DNA of 64,000 nucleotides, taken from Bispira polyomma (taxonomy: Eukaryota). The position numbers were made by a program, and so were the translations under genes. How positions within the stretch are numbered: the stretch's first letter is position 1; the number at the start of each line of letters is the position of its first letter. Where the stretch lies: the NCBI GenBank assembly GCA_965649765.1, contig OZ287754.1:682001-746000 (forward strand). Reading direction: 5' to 3'. Positions 1-13,270 of this stretch are shown here, one piece after another. The notes beneath the pieces are model-generated. The model did no database searches and was not told the DNA's origin. It saw nothing but the letters and a program-made list of their open reading frames with translations.

Positions 1-1569
1 AAGACTATCGACTGATGGTTTTATTGTTAAGAGTAATGTTAAAAATAGATATAAAATACATATAAAAATACTGAAATAGTAAAATTTAAATTTATTGAAC
101 TTTCCATATTTTTAATTATTTAAAAATGTGGATTCCTATATTTTCATAATTTAGACAAAAATTTATAATATGTTTGTCTTTAAGTGCTAATAATTTTAAA
201 AAAAATCAAAATTTAATTCTACATTATTGACAACATAAAAATGCTGTTTGTCTTCTATAAAATTTAAATTACACATTGAACACATCCTACATATTTGTAG
301 GTTTTGCTTTTAAAGTAATTAATTAATAAATATATATTGAATAAATAGCTAAGATGGGCTGGCATATAGGAGAAAAGCCATGTTTTAATAATGTAACAAT
401 TTATAAAAAAAGCATCTTAAATATTCCTTTCCAAAAACTTATAAATAATTATATACCAATCTTAAGATGGGCGAAACCTAAGATGGGCTGCAACAGCAGC
501 AACACTTAGCAATGACCAAAACCTGAACATATTCACACAAAATCAAACACTAAAGGCTAAAAACTAAGGTTAAGACTCAGTCCTTTTTGAAATGTGGCCA
601 CAAAAAGAGACACAGAATTTACACATTTACTCAAATTGTTTCTGTCAAATCCTCAGAATAATCAATTGTGTATGTTATGATCAAACTATTTCACACACAT
701 TTCATGTTTTAATTTCTTGTTTTTTTTTTAAAATTACAATGACGATTCAGAGACAAGTCCCACATTGAATTTGCTTTTTAATGATTCAGATACAGGCACT
801 ATAACACCAATATGCAGACAACTATATGTAGTTTATTAAAAGTGACATGCAACCCCCCAAAATATCACCAAATGACAAATTCCCTCTCCTTCCAAATGGA
901 CTTGGTATAGAGCTCATTTGGGGCTGGGCAATTTGTACTTCTATGTACTGCATCTTATATGCTATTATTTTGTTGCATGTCACTTTAATTTATAGCAATA
1001 AATTAATACAGGTCACTTTAAATAAAAAATACATATAATGGGAGAGTTGTCAATTTAAGGGTGTCACAAAGTTTACTATTACCTACACAAAAACCACCTC
1101 ACTCTCTAGCAATTACACGCTGCCTTACACTTTCCCATGAGTCATAAATCATGTTTTATGACTTGTGTTTTTAAAAAGAAGTAAAGAACTTTCAAACAAT
1201 GTGACTTTTTTCCCAATTCACGAATACAGACAACTTACTCAGAAAGTCAAAAACATGGTCTTTTCAGTTTCACAAGCTTTCACAATTGTTGAGGAAGTAC
1301 ACGTTCGTTTTGATCATTATTTTACATACAAGCACATTTGTTTTTCAACATTCCAGTAGTGTTATTGTGTTCATTGATTTTAAATGATATATAGATGACC
1401 AAAGTTTGTTATACTTTCGTAAAAACTTTTAGTAGTAAACTATATTAATAACCAATTTTTGTGTATCATTATAATGGCATTATGTAATAATGTATTTGTG
1501 CATGGTCTAAAATAATAATATATTTGAAATCACACTGATGTTTCTCCTATCTAATCATGTTATTATTAT

Positions 1570-1990
1570 TGTCATATTTATCTCTCCATACCTCAACAAC
1601 TTACATTGGCTTTCCATTCATTATCGAATTGTGTTTAAAATCCATATCACTATCTTTTAAAGCTGCTATCTTTCAAATTGGACTTTCTCCTTCCCAGTCC
1701 AGAGGGCTGGGTCCAGAGCTTTCTTAATGGATGCCCTGTATTTTATGGAATACCCTGTTGAGATAAGATCACTCAAAACACTTTCTGGGTTTAGGAGAAA
1801 ACTTAAGACCTATCTTTTCCAACTCACTGCCCCCCCCCCCTTACTTCCCTCCCTGTACACCCCCACATCCTTCTTCATGACCTGGCTCTGTTTTGTGGAC
1901 TTCTCTGTTGGTTAATTGATCCTATAGTTATGCTTAATAAGATGCCTCGCATCAATGAGACACATTAAGAATGCAAAATACAATGAAATA
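1570..1990 (+). mobile_element. L2/CR1 LINE 3' fragment
   Basis: LHWL(P)I..RI.FK and FRRKLKTYLF motifs; 3' UTR shared with copies at 24.2, 39.3, 43.9 and 58 kb. Confidence 0.7.
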
Positions 1991-3304
1991 CAGTCTAGTC
2001 AATAAAGTTTTCCTGTTTTTATCTGTCAGGTATGAAGGCTCACTTTAACTCCAGTCAAATATTTAAAAATTAGCAGGAAAAAAATAAAATGATTTCATGC
2101 ACCCATGATTTCGATTTAGACATAAATGTACACTGCTGAAGTGCTTGCTCAAAATATTTACAAACAAAAATAAACATGTTTTACAACTTAGAGTAAAGTC
2201 ATATTAGATGTGATTTTGGATTTTGTTTCCCCCTTCAATCTTTGCAAAGCAAATCTAACAAACCACTGCACCAGTCATTTGAGGTTTTACCCCCCCCCCC
2301 CCTCACGGCTACGTTTACGAGTGTGCTGTACACGAGAGCAGACGACTTTGAGCCTGTATTTGGTGGGGACGCTCTGACGTCGGCCATTGGTGGGGGTGTT
2401 TTATTTGTTCGTGTTTTACTGTTCTGTGTTATAACGGAGACTCTCGGGGTGGCAGCATGTGGGGGTGATGTGTGAAAGGGACTCTCTGCAATGTTATACC
2501 TTGACAAATGACAGTGTGAACCAAAAGAGTGAGGGGGGGAATAGGGGGGGGGCCTTGTGTAACTAATACCTTGGTTCAATACACAGCATTCAAGTGATCA
2601 GCACAGGTACAAATTTCTAGGCTTTCTAACCTCAATCTGTTGTGAAGAAAAAATTACATTTTTTGATTATCTGAAATAATTAGGATTATCAAAACTGAGA
2701 AGACTTAGTCTTTTCAAAACTCTAAAACGACAACTATATACCATCCAGAGGGATGCCAACCTATAACACTCTCAACCTATATCATCATCACCCCCCCCCT
2801 CCCCCCACCCCTTTCCCCCACAATTCTGTGCACTGACAACCTGTGACCTGGGAATTCCTGCTGAAATATTGAATTTCTAGTAACTTTCTTTTATCTACAG
2901 ATCTAAAAAGAAAACCATTTCTTTGATGTGGTTATAAAACACACATTTCTTTAAACTGTTCAATTATAGAAATAAATATAAAAAAGATATTGGCAAAATA
3001 TGATAGAAGTTAAGAAGCCTGTGTTTTCCTTATTACAGTTTGGGGGTCCATGTGGTGGAATTGATTACATCTATAAAGTTATATTTGTTTGTTGGTTTTT
3101 AGGGGGTTTTTTTTATACAGGATAAAGCAAAAAACTACTAAACTAACCACCATTAAATTGGGCCTGGGCCAAGAAATAAAATCATAAAACTATGGAACAG
3201 ATACAGGTAGAATTGCGAAAGGACAGGTATTGTTCAGGTTTTTGGACTCTGGGGTCCTGGCAAGGGTATACACTCCACTGAGTGGCATGTGATATATATG
3301 GATG

Positions 3305-4290
3305 GTCCTTATCTTATATCCGTAAGACTTGCTTCTATTTTTGATGCAACATCACTCCATTCATCAACTGGTTTTATGGTCATGTATACCTGTGTATCAT
3401 CAGCATACCAATGATATTTAAGGCTATACTTCTTAACAATTTCACCAAGAAGTCTGGTATCAATGCAATATTTCTTTGGACCAAGTATATATCCTTGAGG
3501 GACTCCAAAAAACAAAGTTTTTTTATATTTTAGCAGAAATACTATCACCAATTGCTATACTCTGCCCCCTGTCACTCAGATATATGAGTTTGTCCATGCC
3601 AGTGGCTTTGATCCTATTCTAAATGAGTGCTAAAAATTTTGATAAAATATTGTGATATATAACATCAAATGCCGCAGATACATCCAACATAACCAAACTA
3701 GCCATGGAATTTTGATCAAGAGCTTCTGCGATATCATGGTGAACTTTGAGCCAAGCAGTGTCAGTAGAATGGTGTTGACGATATGCTGATTGTAGACTGT
3801 CTTACAGCTTATTTTTATTTAAATAATTATCCAAGTGTTTAGCTACAACTTTTTCCACAAGCTTAGACACAAAAGGTAACTTGGAAAATAGTTCTTAAGC
3901 TCTTCCTTGTTCAGACCAGGCTTTTTAGCAGAGGTCATACAATGGACTGTTTAAAAGCTGGTGGTACCCTTGATTCAGCCAGTGACTTATTTATGATGAT
4001 GACAGTTATCAATGGTAGAAGCTGATCTTAGCACTGCTTCAATATATAAGTTGGAAAAGGATCCAACTCACAGGATTTGTTGGGAGCTTTGGCAATTATG
4101 TTTCAACTTCATCTGTTGTGGCTGGGCAGTGACTGTCCACTAAATACAACATCAGAATTCATACTAGAATCACTGGTGACATCAGGACTGTCAGCACTGA
4201 TGTTATTACGGATAGTTGTAACTTTATTTACCAAGAAAACATTGAACTTGTCTGCCAGAGCTGAGGCAGATCATTCCATAGCTTAGGATC
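3305..4290 (-). mobile_element. L2/CR1 LINE RT fragment
   Basis: GVPQGYILGP and YADDTQVY motifs; degenerate QSAYR..HST.TA and LD.SAAFD upstream. Confidence 0.8.
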
Positions 4291-5199
4291 ATCATATGAG
4301 AAATTATTGTTAAAATGCCCTTTTTGTCTTATGAACTAGTTGCACTAAGGGACTAAAAGATTTGAGGAAATAGCAACAAATTTCCTAAACTAGTAGTGAA
4401 GGGTGTTTTTCAATTTGGTTCTTAGGAGATATTAGTACACTGGCACACAATAAAATTGATTTTAGGTGATCTTTTTAATATGTCTAGCTTATAGAATGGC
4501 ATTAATGTTTACCCGAAAGGGTCAGATCATTCTGGATTTTGATCCTAGACACACATACACACAGACATACAAACTCATACACACTGACATACACATTGAT
4601 ATAGAAACCCCACATCTATAAGTTCCCACACCTCTTATTGTCTGACCCCCCCCCCCCCCCCCCCACACACACACACCTCACTGCCCGGGGGTAGGGCCTC
4701 TTGTCCACAAGTCCAAAAGAGTGTGCCTTGACCTTGAGGCCTGTGACCTCTATTGTATAGAAGATTCTCTTGTGTGTAGGCAGGGGGGTGGTTAATGAGG
4801 GGGGCAGTGTGGTATAGAGGACCCGCTATTGTGGGTGGGAGGGGTCGAGTAGTGGGTTGGGGGGAGAGGTGGACACTTAAGTGACTTGAGTGATAGAGTA
4901 GACTATCTCGTTATAGGGGAGTCTTACAGCCCACTATTACCGTGTCCAGTTGACCAGCTCATTATTGTATCATATTAAATCAGTATGTGGACTTGTACAG
5001 TGACCACAACCTCTGGTCAATGGAGATATTCATTAAAATAGACACTGAATTGGTGGGCAGTGTTAATTAGAAGTTAATAGAATTTTTTTAAAACTTAAGT
5101 TGACGAGTGTATGATGCTTACCGAATGGTCAGTATATAATCACCATGTCCAGTTTATATATCCTACTTTTGGTCAGATTTCCAGTTGTCATGTATATTT

Positions 5200-5312
5200 T
5201 GTTACCTTGTGGTTACAAAGGGTGTTTTCACAATCACTGGCCTCACTCACCAATGTGGGTTTGAATCCTGTTTGTTCATTCATGTGTAAAAGTTAGTTAG
5301 GTACTTGCAGAG
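5200..5312 (+). mobile_element. SINE, partial
   Basis: TTCACAATCACTGGCCTC..CACCAATGTGGGTTTGAATCC head. Confidence 0.7.
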
Positions 5313-6369
5313 TACAACATAGCTATATGATTCAACAGAGGCAGAAAAGTATTAACATGACCGGGTCAATTGTACCTTAATGTTAACAGCAACCACAATC
5401 TGGGATGACCTTCATTTAAACATTCGTACACAAATACTGCCCTTTTTATTACAACTGGGTCATAAGGGACACATTTTCTATAAAATATGTCAGTTTTTAG
5501 ATGATTTTTAATGCAAAATAAAAACCAAATGACGTCTCACAGATATAGCTGTAAATTAATTTGTTTTGGCACTGCCCAAAACAGCAAAAAATTAATGTTT
5601 GTAAATACATTTTTCAAAATGTAAATAATACATTATGTTTGTTTTTTTGAAAATTTGAAATATAAAAGCTCCATTATCTGGAGGTAGTATATTAGTATAA
5701 TTATATATATGTTTTGATTTGTCCAGTAAATAAATATATATATATATTTCAAAATGACCGCATGCGGGCTGAAGGTTTCAATTAGTCCCAAGTCTGTAGG
5801 GACCCCTCACTCCACCCCCATCTCCCCCAATACTGACTTATTTACTTATTGTCTTCAGTAAAGTGTCTTTTTGTCACACGTATCTATTTATATATACTAG
5901 GTACCCCCCACCCCACCCCCCACCCCCACAGTTGGTGGATCTAATTCTTGTGATTAAGGTTTGAATGCTGTCAGCTCACATGTGACCCATTGCTTCAAGT
6001 AAATCTATACACACCCCTAATAATACCTTTGAGCATCTAATTCATATAGTTTTCTATCAGCATACATTTCCACCTAGGTATACAATTACCAGGCACATTT
6101 GTCCAAATAATCAACCTCTACGTTTATGCTTCATTTTGGTAAATTTTGTCTGTTTTACTAAAACAGGATGAGCTAACATTTAATGAAGGCGTTTTCCATG
6201 TAATTTACTATTGTAATTTAGGATGTCAAATGTGGGGAAAAATAAATAGTAACAATGAACCACAAAACAGCTACTAAATGTTGAATGGCTCTGTAACTAC
6301 ATCCCACACTGATTACAAACCAGGTACTGTGTACTAAAAACTGTGTCATGGCATATAGATTTCTAGTGA

Positions 6370-6610
6370 TTTCCTGGCCCACGGTTGTTAGAAGTGTCTG
6401 CTTCATATAATCACTGACCTCTCACCAATGTGTGTTCAAATCCTGTTTGTTCCTTCATATAGAAAAGTTTGTCAGGTACTTGCTGACAGTAGGACAGTGG
6501 TTTGACAGTGGCTGCAACATTGGTTTCTCCATTGTTAAATCTGGCCTACCTGATATGACTTAGACTGGTAAAAGCGGTGTAAAACACGACCAAATTCAAA
6601 TTTAAATTTA
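6370..6610 (+). mobile_element. tRNA-derived SINE
   Basis: Same head and body as the 10895-11122 copy. Confidence 0.75.
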
Positions 6611-6989
6611 AGTGATTTCCACTAAATTTAATGACTGCATACCAAATACTGATCATGTCAAAGTTTCGCACAATGCGAGCACTTATCCAAGACAGATACG
6701 TATGGAATTGGATTCTTGGATTCATCGTGCTAGCATTCTGTATAACTTTGACTTAACATAGAGTTAGGTATTTAATCTGGCCTCTTCCTAATGAGTAGTT
6801 CACAATGTCATATTTGCCTGTAATGTAGATCATGTTAACGGGGAATTTACAATGTGCGATTCTTAGTTTAACTAAAAATTCTATCTTTCTGGATTGACAT
6901 TGATATTGGGCATGTATTGAATATTTGAGTCATTAGTTCAGAAGCCTATTGACCTATGGTAGAAGATAAAAGCACCTAAAGTAGTTTTG

Positions 6990-7343
6990 TTGGAGCCCAA
7001 TATAGGATTGCGACAATCTTAATATTGGCCAGCCAATTAGCCCAAAGAACTGGGTGTAAATTTGTAAAAAAATAAGTTAAACATATATGTATACCAATTA
7101 GTAGATTTAATGTAGATATAATTAAAAATGGGGATATATTTACAGATAAGTAAAATAATCTAAAATATATACATGTAAAAGTATTTATTTTTTCACAATT
7201 TTAGACATTTTAAAATCAAGTTAGGAGTAGCCAATCCTAAAGATGGGCTGCTATCACGAGCCCATCCTAGGATAGCCTGAGAAAGTTTAGGATATTAAGT
7301 TAAGTCATAAGCCATCTTAAGGCAAATTCTAAGCTGGGCCCCA
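6990..7343. mobile_element. MITE with TAAGATGGGCT sub-repeats
   Basis: TTGGAGCCCA / TGGGCCCCAA ends; the internal motif recurs at 349-490 and 48835-48940. Confidence 0.5.
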
Positions 7344-7779
7344 ACTTAGTTTCACAGCATTGATTACAAAAGGTGGTGCATTGTATTAGTTTTACATAGA
7401 TATATTACTGGGTACCATATATTATTTTTTATATTCTGACTATATGTATTGAACTCGCATAAGAAAATTATCTTTGATGGATGTTGTACTTGAACAGCGG
7501 CCATTGAAATTGTGTTTGTTTAGTATTTTTTTCATAAACATTATCATTCTTTATAGATACTTATTCAGGCCCAGAATTACATAATTTATAGATCTCTGAT
7601 ATGTAATTTTAAAAGACTTTAAAAAAAAATGCTATTTACCTATTTTGGCAAATCAGTTTAAATTCTGAATTTTCAGTGAAAATTTTTATTTATCTGGAAA
7701 GGGATAAATAATCCCACTGAAAATTTATATCCAGCTACAATATTATATATTGCTTACTCATTATATAGTCCTTTCTTTT

Positions 7780-8400
7780 GTGCTCTAGAAGAACCCAAAG
7801 TGCCTTAACATCCTAATCATAGGCAAAATTTATAACATTAGCCAAAGTCCATACTTTTGCACCATCATAAACAAATTTGTAGTTCAAGTGAACCTTTTGT
7901 CTTGTAAATTCTTGACGATCGAAAAGCCAAGAATCTGATAGTTGCTCGCCAAACTGTTCAGACTGATAGCTTACTGGTAAGAGACAGACGATCATACTAT
8001 TTATAACTATATCACTCAAATCAAACTCTGTGCACATTGCTATCAGTAAAAACTAGTGAGATCAATGGTATCGAAGGCTCCAGGAATATCCAACAATACC
8101 AAAGTTATGTTAGTTGGGGTGCGTGTGTATGTCATGCTATACAGAAGGACAGTTTGTGTTGAGTGGTAGAGCTTATGATGCCAATTGACATACATCTTCC
8201 AAGATAATCACCAAAAAGACGCTTAAGCTGGGAAACTGGTCAGCAGTTTTTTTTACTATTATTTGGGAAATAGGTATTTTTGAGATTAAATCTGTACATC
8301 ACTGGATGGTTGATCTTAGAAAAAGTAAATTATACATCGATGCAGTTCATGCATAGTGACCCGTATGAGTAAACCCTGATCACACAATTTTCTCCAGGTT
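7780..8400 (-). mobile_element. Degenerate L2/CR1 RT fragment
   Basis: Reverse strand encodes LVLLDIPGAFDTID and a HST.T-like motif. Confidence 0.6.
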
Positions 8401-8419
8401 CCAAACGATGCAAAGTATA

Positions 8420-8720
8420 TCAATACATTAGCCATATCTGACAATCAGCTTCATATATGGTTCTTCCTCTCTTCAATAATCTCCCACCACACATCAGGAC
8501 AGCTAAGAGCATTTGCTCCTTTAAAAAGCACATTTAGGCTGATTTTTTAACCAAGCCTTTCCAACATAGCACTCCATTTTCCTTAGCTGAATGCTACTCT
8601 GGTTTTTGTTATTGACGACCTTGGTTATGTCCCTCACATTATAGCTTCTGCCTTTGATCAGGATTTTATGCCGCTTACGAGTTCTCTTAGTGTGAATTTT
8701 TAGCATCTAAGCAAATGTAG
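8420..8720 (+). mobile_element. L2/CR1 3' end
   Basis: FNNLPPHIRTAKSICSFKKHL...FNQAF; similar copies at 25150-25460 and 60340-60800. Confidence 0.55.
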
Positions 8721-9702
8721 TGTACAGAGTAGTGATGTGTCTTTAATAGGATAATATATTTGTACATAATATGTTTTCCTTTCTTTTTTACAGTTAAAGT
8801 ATATTGTTCAAACCAATGTACTGTGTTTGGTACGATTATAAAATAATTTGTTTATGTATGAAGGAAAGATACCTTGAAACAAAGAAAGATTGACTGGCTT
8901 CTAACCATCAAATATTGATACAGAAGAAATTTCAGATTATCTAAAATAGGCTGTGAACTACCAAAAATATACAAAAAATAGGCCATGGATCACGCATGCT
9001 GGCTTTGTTTGGAAAATAAAATTGAGTTTTTGACAAAATCTTCAGCTACTTAATAGGCCTTCTCTTTAATGTCAGTGATTTTATGTGGACAGATCAAATA
9101 AGTTTTTTGTCAGACGTCGCCCAATTTATACTTTCATACTTCAGGAAAAGCCTGAAGCTTTTGCCGCCACCTGATCTAATCCGGGACATGGAAGATCAGC
9201 CATTGTCGGCTGACATTGACAGATATGTATATCTGACATACGAAAGTACAGGCTTAGTTAGGGTGGTAAGATTTCATGATGGCTGTTTGCAACTGTCAAG
9301 AACAGATACATTGGTGGTTTGAATAAATCATAACTGTTGAAACAGAAGAATATTCAATGATGTATACGAACATCACATACTGTCACGGTTGCTACAATAG
9401 TCTGGTTGTAAAGTTAATCTAAATCTTGATAAAACAAGTATTACTTTTATCTGAAGTTAACTATACATATTTTATTACTGGGGAAATTTCGTGTTGTTTC
9501 TGTACCAGCTACAGATTAAACAATCTAGGTTTCTGCTGTTTAAGGACAAAATGAAAAAAAAAATGAAAAATTACGATCGAACCCTCACACTTTAGTAGAG
9601 TTGGCTGTAAGGCCTGTTGTTTTTGGATTTACACACACATGAACAATCTGAAATTCTGTGTTGGCTCACGGTTTTGCTGGTGCTGAGAATATGACTTGCT
9701 GG

Positions 9703-10060
9703 ACTTTAAAATGTCAAAATTGACCATTTAGAAATGCAGATCTATTTAGTAACATTTGAAGAACCACAAGTATTTTGCTTAAATGCTTGCAGTTCCGGTT
9801 ATTAAAAATGACCCCATTTACAAAGAGATTGTTTCCCTCTGAAAAAGGTGCGGCCATGTTGGAAAGCACCACCGTGTTAAAAATAATATGTAAGGCCCTT
9901 ATGGATTGGTTAGACGCAATCGACCTAGCCAAATTGAGGTGTGTCAGATTAATATTTTTCACACTATGTTCCTTTGTATTTTTTAAAAGCCAACTCTTGT
10001 TTAAAAAAATTTTAGAGATCTCGAGTTTGCAGTGGTCACATCTACCGGACATTTAAAGTA
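9703..10060. mobile_element. Possible TTAA-flanked MITE (Kolobok-like)
   Basis: ACTTTAAAATGTC / GACATTTAAAGT termini and a CpG-richer interior. Confidence 0.35.
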
Positions 10061-10894
10061 GTCAAACTGCCAGCACCTGGGAACTCTCATATCATTTCTA
10101 TATGTATATGTGACCTTGTGGCCAAGAAGTGATTGATATAAATCCCACACAAATCTCTACCTGGTGTTACACTCCACTTTTCTGTATATAAGGAGATCAA
10201 CCCTCCACTTAACTTGCCCACACTTAACCCCCACCCCCAACCCCACTCACAATAGACCCCCATTTATCCAATGGTGGAAGATGCTCATTATCCATTTAGC
10301 CTTTTGTCAGGACTGAGATTTTCAGTGACAAAAACCTCTAAGGCATTGTTGACACTGTTTTGACCAGTACGGGGCAGTAGGGAGCATCCAGTAATTGCCT
10401 CACCCCGAGAGGGTTAGGGAGCATCCAGTAATTGCCTCACCCCAGGGGTTCAGCAAGGTTAGTGCTACTAGTGCTTACCTGGGCCAATTGTTGTAGAGGG
10501 CAATGGTTGTAAGGACACAGTGATCAGTTTATATGTCAGTTTATTGTGTAGGTGGATGTGTGGGTGTGGAGGGGGCGGGTTTTCTATGCATGTAATATAT
10601 AATTAGGCCAAAATTCAGCACTTTCACCAACAGTAAAATACTGTAGAAATTTCATGTGATGTTTCATTTCTTGGGTCTGACATTAATAATTAACATACAT
10701 TTACATCTATGCTGGGTATTGGGATATTTACTAAGTAAATTTTAAGCGTCAAAATGGTTAAAATTATTTGCCAGTAAAAAATAACTAAAAACATGAATGG
10801 CCACTTGTACAAGTGATGTTTGTCATGCATTTTATTGCCTTGAATATAATCATCTGTTGCAGCTTAATTGTCATTAATCGAAGACTCTAGATTC

Positions 10895-11122
10895 TACGGT
10901 GTCCTAGTGGTTCAAAAGTGCCTGCTTCACAACTACTGGTCTCTCACCAATGTGGGTTTAAATCTTCACCATTCATTCATGTGGGAAATGTTGTAAGGAA
11001 CTTGCTAGGTAGGTCAGTGGTTTACAGTGGCTTCAGCACTGGTTTCCTTCACTATTTAATCTGGTCTTCGCGATATGACTTCGCTTGTCGAAAATGACGT
11101 AAAACTCAGCCAAATTTAAATT
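10895..11122 (+). mobile_element. tRNA-derived SINE
   Basis: GGTGTCCTAGTGGT A box, degenerate B box, shared body and AAATTT tail. Confidence 0.8.
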
Positions 11123-11319
11123 CTCTGTAGATAAAATACATCGCAGAATGTGCCACATTCATAGATTAATTAGATGTCTTATAACGTGGACTTCAAGTAA
11201 AATCTAATCAAATCAAACTGCACACAAGAAGGGAATAGACATTTATACAGTTTGAACACATAGCTGCTTAATTATTAAAACATGAGTAGAAATATCACTG
11301 TAAAATTAACGTATTGGAT

Positions 11320-11321
11320 CT

Positions 11322-11363
<42 letters not shown>

Positions 11364-13270
11364 TTATTTCAGTGACAAGTGTTTTGGTTGACATTCATAT
11401 TGATATATAAATAGATACATTTTCTTGACAATACCCAGCCTTTAAGGCTTATCAGTCACTTTACATTTACAATATCATTATACATTACTGGTGCATGTAA
11501 TGGATAACAAACATGTATTTCACTTAATTACAAAAACAAATTTATTTACCCTTTACTTTAAATAACCAATATGACTGACACAACGGCACAAAAATATCTG
11601 TATACATGTTACTTTTCATTTAGTTAAATAGTAAACTTTGTCTAATTTTATAAGCATCTTTTATATAATTTCCTAAAAAAAGGGGAGTGATGAACAAAAA
11701 TTTCATTTTTTCAATACTGTCTAAATTTTGGAAACCCGAGTTTATGTTATTAATTCTTTTGTTTTATGCTTGCCTTGGTTCATAGTACTGGGGACAGGTA
11801 AACAAAAAGTGTAATTCATCCTCTATTTCATTCAGCTCACATATTTTACATTTCCTATCTTCTTTATTAATATTAGAGTATCTACCTATTTCAATGTTAA
11901 TTGGCAAAATACTAAGTCTAACCTGCGCTATAAAGGATCTTAGATTGATACTTATATTATCAGTAATATATTTCTCCACTCCATAATTGTGTTTAAATTT
12001 ACTATAAAAGTTCAATTTAGGTTTTTGTACCAAATTTCTTTGCCAGACATTTTCATTATTTGTAATTAAAGACTTTTTTACTTCCCCTAACTCACAATTT
12101 TTTTTATTCTTAAAGTTGGTAGTGATGCCGCAATCCATCATGATACTTTGGACATTAGAAACCCAATTATTTACTTTATTCTTGTATTCCCATAAAAAAT
12201 CTTTTTGGTAAGCCTATTATCAGTCACATCAATCAATCTGTTCCATAATCTGATCACTTCAATTTTTCGTCTATCAATACTATTTAGCCAGCCCATGTCG
12301 CCATTTATTGCCAAATTTGTAGCATATTTGTGAATTCCCATAAAACATCGTATTGCCCTATTTTGTACAGTATCAAATTTAGAAAGATTATTAAACTTCC
12401 AAATCGCGGCTCCATAGTCCGATACAGGGACCACACATTTGTGATACAAGTTTGAATATGTTTTATATCCCATGTTTTTTATACCCTTGAATTTAGCAAT
12501 AGGTTTACCTAAATCCCGACTAGCAGAGTCTGATAACACCTGTTCATGCTTGGAATATGTCAAGAATTCATCGAACCACACACCCAAATATTTGTAGGAG
12601 TCCACATAGTCTATTATCTCTTCATTTATTTTAAATTCAAAATTACTTCTTCTCGCTCTTTTTCTTCTAAAATGTATAATTTTAGATTTATTTTGATTTA
12701 TTTGCATTTTCCATTTTGAACACCATTCAGTGAGTTTATTTAGTAGCTTCTGTGGACTTTCTGCATCAATAGCTAGTATTATCAAGTCATCCGCATATAA
12801 TAATGTGCAAATATTAGTACCATCTATGTCAATACCAATATTTAAGCTGTTAAGTTCTTTTACAAGATCATTAATAAATATGGCGAATAAAGTGGGTGAT
12901 AAAGTATCCCCCTGCTTCACCCCACTTTTGGATTCAAACCAGTTTGACATGTAATTATTCACTAAAATACTACATAAAGTATTGGAGTACATTGTTCTGA
13001 TACTATTGAGTATTTTCCCACTAATTCCTGCTTTTAAACACTTAAAGAACAACATATCTCTATTAACGTAGTCGAAAGCTTTTTTTAAATCTATAAAGGA
13101 TGCAAATGTGTCCTTTTTCCTATTTAAGTTATTTTTAACAATTGCGTTTAATGAATATATGTGATCAATACACGACCTTTTTTTTCTAAATCCATTCTGT
13201 TCATCTACCAGCAAATTATTACAGTCCAAGTATTCTGAGATACGTTGATTTAATACACATATATAATATG
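11320..13270 (-). mobile_element. 5'-truncated non-LTR retrotransposon, RTE-X-like, frameshifted near 12190
   Basis: ORF 12171-13283 has EQNGFRK, FIDLKKAFD, GVKQGDTLSP, LLYADD and YKYLG. ORF 11764-12141 has LPINIEIGRY..CKIC..EDELHFLFTC. The 3' UTR ends in AATAAA plus (TA)n. Confidence 0.85.

Noticed and set aside
622-662. Minimal hammerhead-like string on the minus strand (CUGAGGA-UUUGACA-GAAAC..GUA)
   Set aside because: Stem II is 1 bp, stem III is 2 bp, stem I is weak, and there is no PLE context; likely chance.
2235-2579. 114-aa Pro-rich ORF
   Set aside because: Explained by C/G-tract composition; no homology or splice support seen.
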